DNA of 53,639 nucleotides from positions 1-53,639 of the forward strand of contig JALAGF010005004.1 of NCBI GenBank assembly GCA_030167865.1, written 5' to 3'. The notes under the pieces were generated by a model. The model did no database searches. It saw only the letters and a program-made list of their open reading frames with translations, and had not been told where the DNA came from. The position numbers and the translations under genes are program-made. The stretch is from Craspedostauros australis. Its lineage: Eukaryota. This document shows, in pieces, positions 50,405 through 53,639 of this stretch (its first letter is position 1; the number at the start of each line of letters is the position of its first letter).

Positions 50405-52240
50405 GTACCAATGCTGCGTACGGATCGAAGAGAGGGGTTGGAGAACGTGGAAGGAGCACCAGCATCAATGCTTGGATGAGCGCAGCTGCGACTGCATTTC
50501 GAGAAGTATGTACGGGAATGATCCCAATCACATGAACAAGAAACAGCAGAAGATGAACCATTCAAATGTGCGCTCGAGTGCGCACGCAGCAGAACATAAT
50601 GCGAGCTCGGGCAGGAAGTATCAGTACACCACAAACGAACATCGTGGATGTCGAGCAATCTTAATCCTTTTGTCACATCATCAAAATCATTCAGTTTCCT
50701 TTCGTTTGGTTTGGCAAAGTTGTGTGTAGGGATGGCATTTGAACAATGCAAGCAGCGATTGAAGAGGAGAACGAGAGCATCACGATACTGACTGAGAATT
50801 CGAATGAGCGGTTGTTGCTTGTGGACTATTGTACTGATTGTGTCTATTATTGGAAGCCCATTGAGTTGGGCGGTTTAATGGAATGGATTCGCCATCGGAG
50901 TGGATGGCGATGGTCAAGCATACCTGCTGTTTGCCGGCAATTGATGATCGCGGCAGCTGTGTTGCGTCGTTTGCTGTCACGCGTCCTCTCATGCAAATTC
51001 GGCATTGGAAATCTTGGAGGGTGCGGCCGTCTCGACGAAATCGACTTCGATCGATCGCCGGTGTCTGCTGCTGTTTGATCCGAAGAGGGAGACCTTGTTG
51101 GTGTTGACGGACTCGGAGTATCTGGTCTTTGGTGGCTTGGCGGTTGGAGCTGGCTTGACGGGATGGCCTGTTTTCTGGCTCTTTCCCGCGCTGCCGAAGC
51201 TCACGACATTGGGCTTGAAGCCTTCCTTGCCTCGTGAGCTCTTTCGGAGTCCGTATTCTGTGAATTCAGAGTTTCATCGTCGTCGTCGTTGGTATGGATA
51301 TGAATATGGGAGAGAAGACAGCAAGGCAAAGGGTGTGGTGTACGTGGTCGTTAGTCAATCGAAGGCGAGACGAATGAAGAAACAGTCAACAGTCAACGGG
51401 GAACAGGAAACTGGCGGTGACCTAACACATCGCAGTAGTTAATCCAAAGGAACGGAACGATCGCTTCAGATCATGGCGGTATCCCTGGAAGTGAGGTGGA
51501 CAGACAGGCGGAGAGGGAAAGAGGAGGTGGGGTGGAAGCCTTGATCAGCGTCCTCACGCGTTCTCATCTTCGTCCAGATTCAAAATCGGACAGCCAACCA
51601 AGGCCAGAACCATCGCTGCCGCACCGGCATGAGGTCGATCCTCTTCTCTTCCATTGCCCTCTTTTGCCTGCCATGGTGGCAGCAGCGATGATGGTTGCTG
51701 TGTTCTCAGTGGAAGACCAACGATCTCGGTTGATCAATGGCCATTGCCTCCAAAGAATGTCTTGTTCCTCTCTTTTCTCTCTCCGCATCTTTCGCTGCAC
51801 TGCCACCACCATTCTCCACAGTCGAATGAATGAATGAGAAAGAGGACGATGATGACCAATCCACTGTCCTCTCTCTCTCTCTCTGGAGGGAGGGACAGTA
51901 ATCTGCTTAACACCCATACTGATGATCGACATACCAACATTCATCTTGATTTCTGCCTTTTGGTGATTGCCTTGATGCTTGGTTGTGTCCTTTGCCTTGC
52001 GGAGAATGCTCAATTCTCTTCTTTTCGAAGTTTCGGGTCAACACTTCGAAAAGTACCATGCCTTCGTGGTATCGACCAGAATTCCAACCTCAATCATAGT
52101 ATCTCATGAAGAACCCATAGTTAGTCCGAGATAAAATGACGTGGCACACAACCAAAACACTCAATCATGAGCATGTACTGGGGCAGACTCTCTTTTTAGC
52201 AGTTTGGGCCACACCGTAAAAATAGACTGGCATGACTTCG

Positions 52241-53045
52241 AAAACTTCGAATTTCCATTTGCGTTTTGTTCGAAACGTACTTCGCAACCAGACAGACAGA
52301 CGCGCACCAAACACGATACGATTCAGTCACCCTGAATATCTCTAAGCTCGATATATTAGCGTGTGCGTTCCGTCGCGTCGAAGCCACATGCTTTGATCAT
52401 GCTTGGGACTGTTTATGAAGTTGATAAATCGTTCGTTCACACATCTTGAATACTACGAGCGGATTTTGAAACGCTTGGACCGTGCACGAATGACGTGAAC
52501 ACAGGCTCTATACGCATGATGTATGCTACGATAGGTGAGATGAAAAGGCATGCCGAAGGCACCAGCAGACTCAATGGTGGGAATAATAGTTTAAGCCGTC
52601 CGGGGCATAGTGCTAGTNNNNNNNNNNNNNNNNNNNNNNNNNNNNNNNNNNNNNNNNNNNNNNNNNNAAAACTTCGAATTTCCATTTGCGTTTTGTTCGA
52701 AACGTACTTCGCAACCAGACAGACAGACGCGCACCAAACACGATACGATTCAGTCACCCTGAATATCTCTAAGCTCGATATATTAGCGTGTGCGTTCCGT
52801 CGCGTCAAAGCCACATGGTTTGATCATGCTTGGGACTGTTTATGAAGTTGATAAATCGTTCGTTCACACATCTTGAATGCTACGAGCGGATTTTGAAACG
52901 CTTGGACCGTGCACGAATGACGTGAACACAGGCTCTATACGCATGATGTATGCTACGATAGGGTGAGATGAAAAGGCATGCCGAAGGCACCAGCAGACTC
53001 AATGGTGGGAATAATAGTTTAAGCCGTCCGGGGCATAGTGCTAGT
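52241..53045. repeat. 377/378-bp direct duplication (52241-52617 and 52668-53045) exactly flanking a 50-N gap
   Basis: Both copies start aaaacttcgaatttcc and end gtgctagt. I saw 3 substitutions and a 1-bp indel between them. Confidence 0.92.
52618..52667. other. Assembly gap (50 N)
   Basis: Run of N. Confidence 1.
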
Positions 53046-53123
53046 GGCGGAAATTGGTAACATTGTGCAGAAATTGGCTCAATGACAACACTGGCCCGGC
53101 TCCACCAAACATTCCAATGTGTC

Positions 53124-53630
53124 TCTCTAGACTTGCATGTAAATGATCAATGCGCGAGCAAACCAACGATGGTGGGCCATGGTATGGTCCCCAATGGGTG
53201 CGTTCCGAGTGGTTACAGGCCGTAATTACATATTTAGAGGTCACTCCGGTCATATTTGGTGATACATATGACTGTGAATATTCAGCAACACTGAATATCA
53301 TGTTCTGGCCAGATGTACATGTAAAGGATCGATCCGCGAGCGCACCAACGATGGTAGGCCATGGTATGGTCCCTCATGGGTACGTTCCAAGTGGTTATAG
53401 GTCGCCAATGCATATTTAGGGGTCTCTCCGTCCAATTTGGTGATACATATGACTGTGAATATTCAGCACCACTGTATATCGTGTTCTTGCCAGATGTGTA
53501 TAGGAATGATCAATGCGCGAGCAAACCAACGATGGTGGGCCATGGTATGGTCCCTCATGGGTGCGTTCCGAGTGGTTATAGGTCGCCAATGCATATTTAA
53601 AGGGTCCTCCGGTCAAATTTGGTGATACAC
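53124..53630. repeat. Tandem repeat, 181-182-bp unit, ~2.7 copies
   Basis: The anchor a(t/g)gatc.at.cgcgagc..accaacgatggt.ggccatggtatggtccc recurs at 53143, 53325 and 53506. Confidence 0.9.
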
Positions 53631-53639
53631 GCGAAGTTG

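Noticed and set aside
50430-52013. Possible minus-strand gene downstream of VPS13 (ORFs 50989-51204, 51564-52013)
   Set aside because: Short, stop-interrupted and without a recognisable motif or convincing exon chain; it may be a relic but cannot be supported.
52590-52617. Helitron 3' end (GC-rich stretch followed by CTAG-T)
   Set aside because: The stem is only about 3 bp, and no 5' TC terminus or Rep/helicase remnant could be identified.
53124-53630. CRISPR array, or coding repeats (ORFs 53150-53419, 53361-53600)
   Set aside because: Whole units are repeated with no unique spacers and no cas genes. The unit length is not a multiple of 3, so the frame is not kept.

Overview
Eukaryotic, intron-containing genomic DNA, most likely from a diatom/stramenopile. 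That assignment is inferred from gene content (expanded LPLHxAC ankyrin-like proteins, FkbM methyltransferase, ubiquitin-NiSOD fusion), GT-AG introns of 175-495 bp and CA-rich leaders. In order: a partial unknown ORF (-), FkbM-family methyltransferase (-), TAPT1/EMP65 (-), CAMK/CDPK-like kinase (-), Sir2 deacetylase (+), a degraded ~2 kb pseudogene-like region (-), a 3-exon ubiquitin-nickel superoxide dismutase fusion gene (+), two convergent paralogous ankyrin-like genes, a DUF1294 membrane protein (+), NSE2/MMS21 SUMO ligase (-), a TIGR02466-type 2OG-Fe(II) oxygenase (+) and a 4-exon ~6973-aa VPS13 with PDZ and C2 insertions (+). The window ends in a gap-flanking 377-bp duplication (probably an artefact) and a ~181-bp tandem repeat. 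The standout system is the Ub-NiSOD fusion, in which ubiquitin cleavage would expose the N-terminal His of the nickel hook. Fusions of this type have, to my recollection, been reported in algae, so it is striking but probably not wholly new. All exon models were deduced by hand from splice consensus and phase matching; no database search was run.
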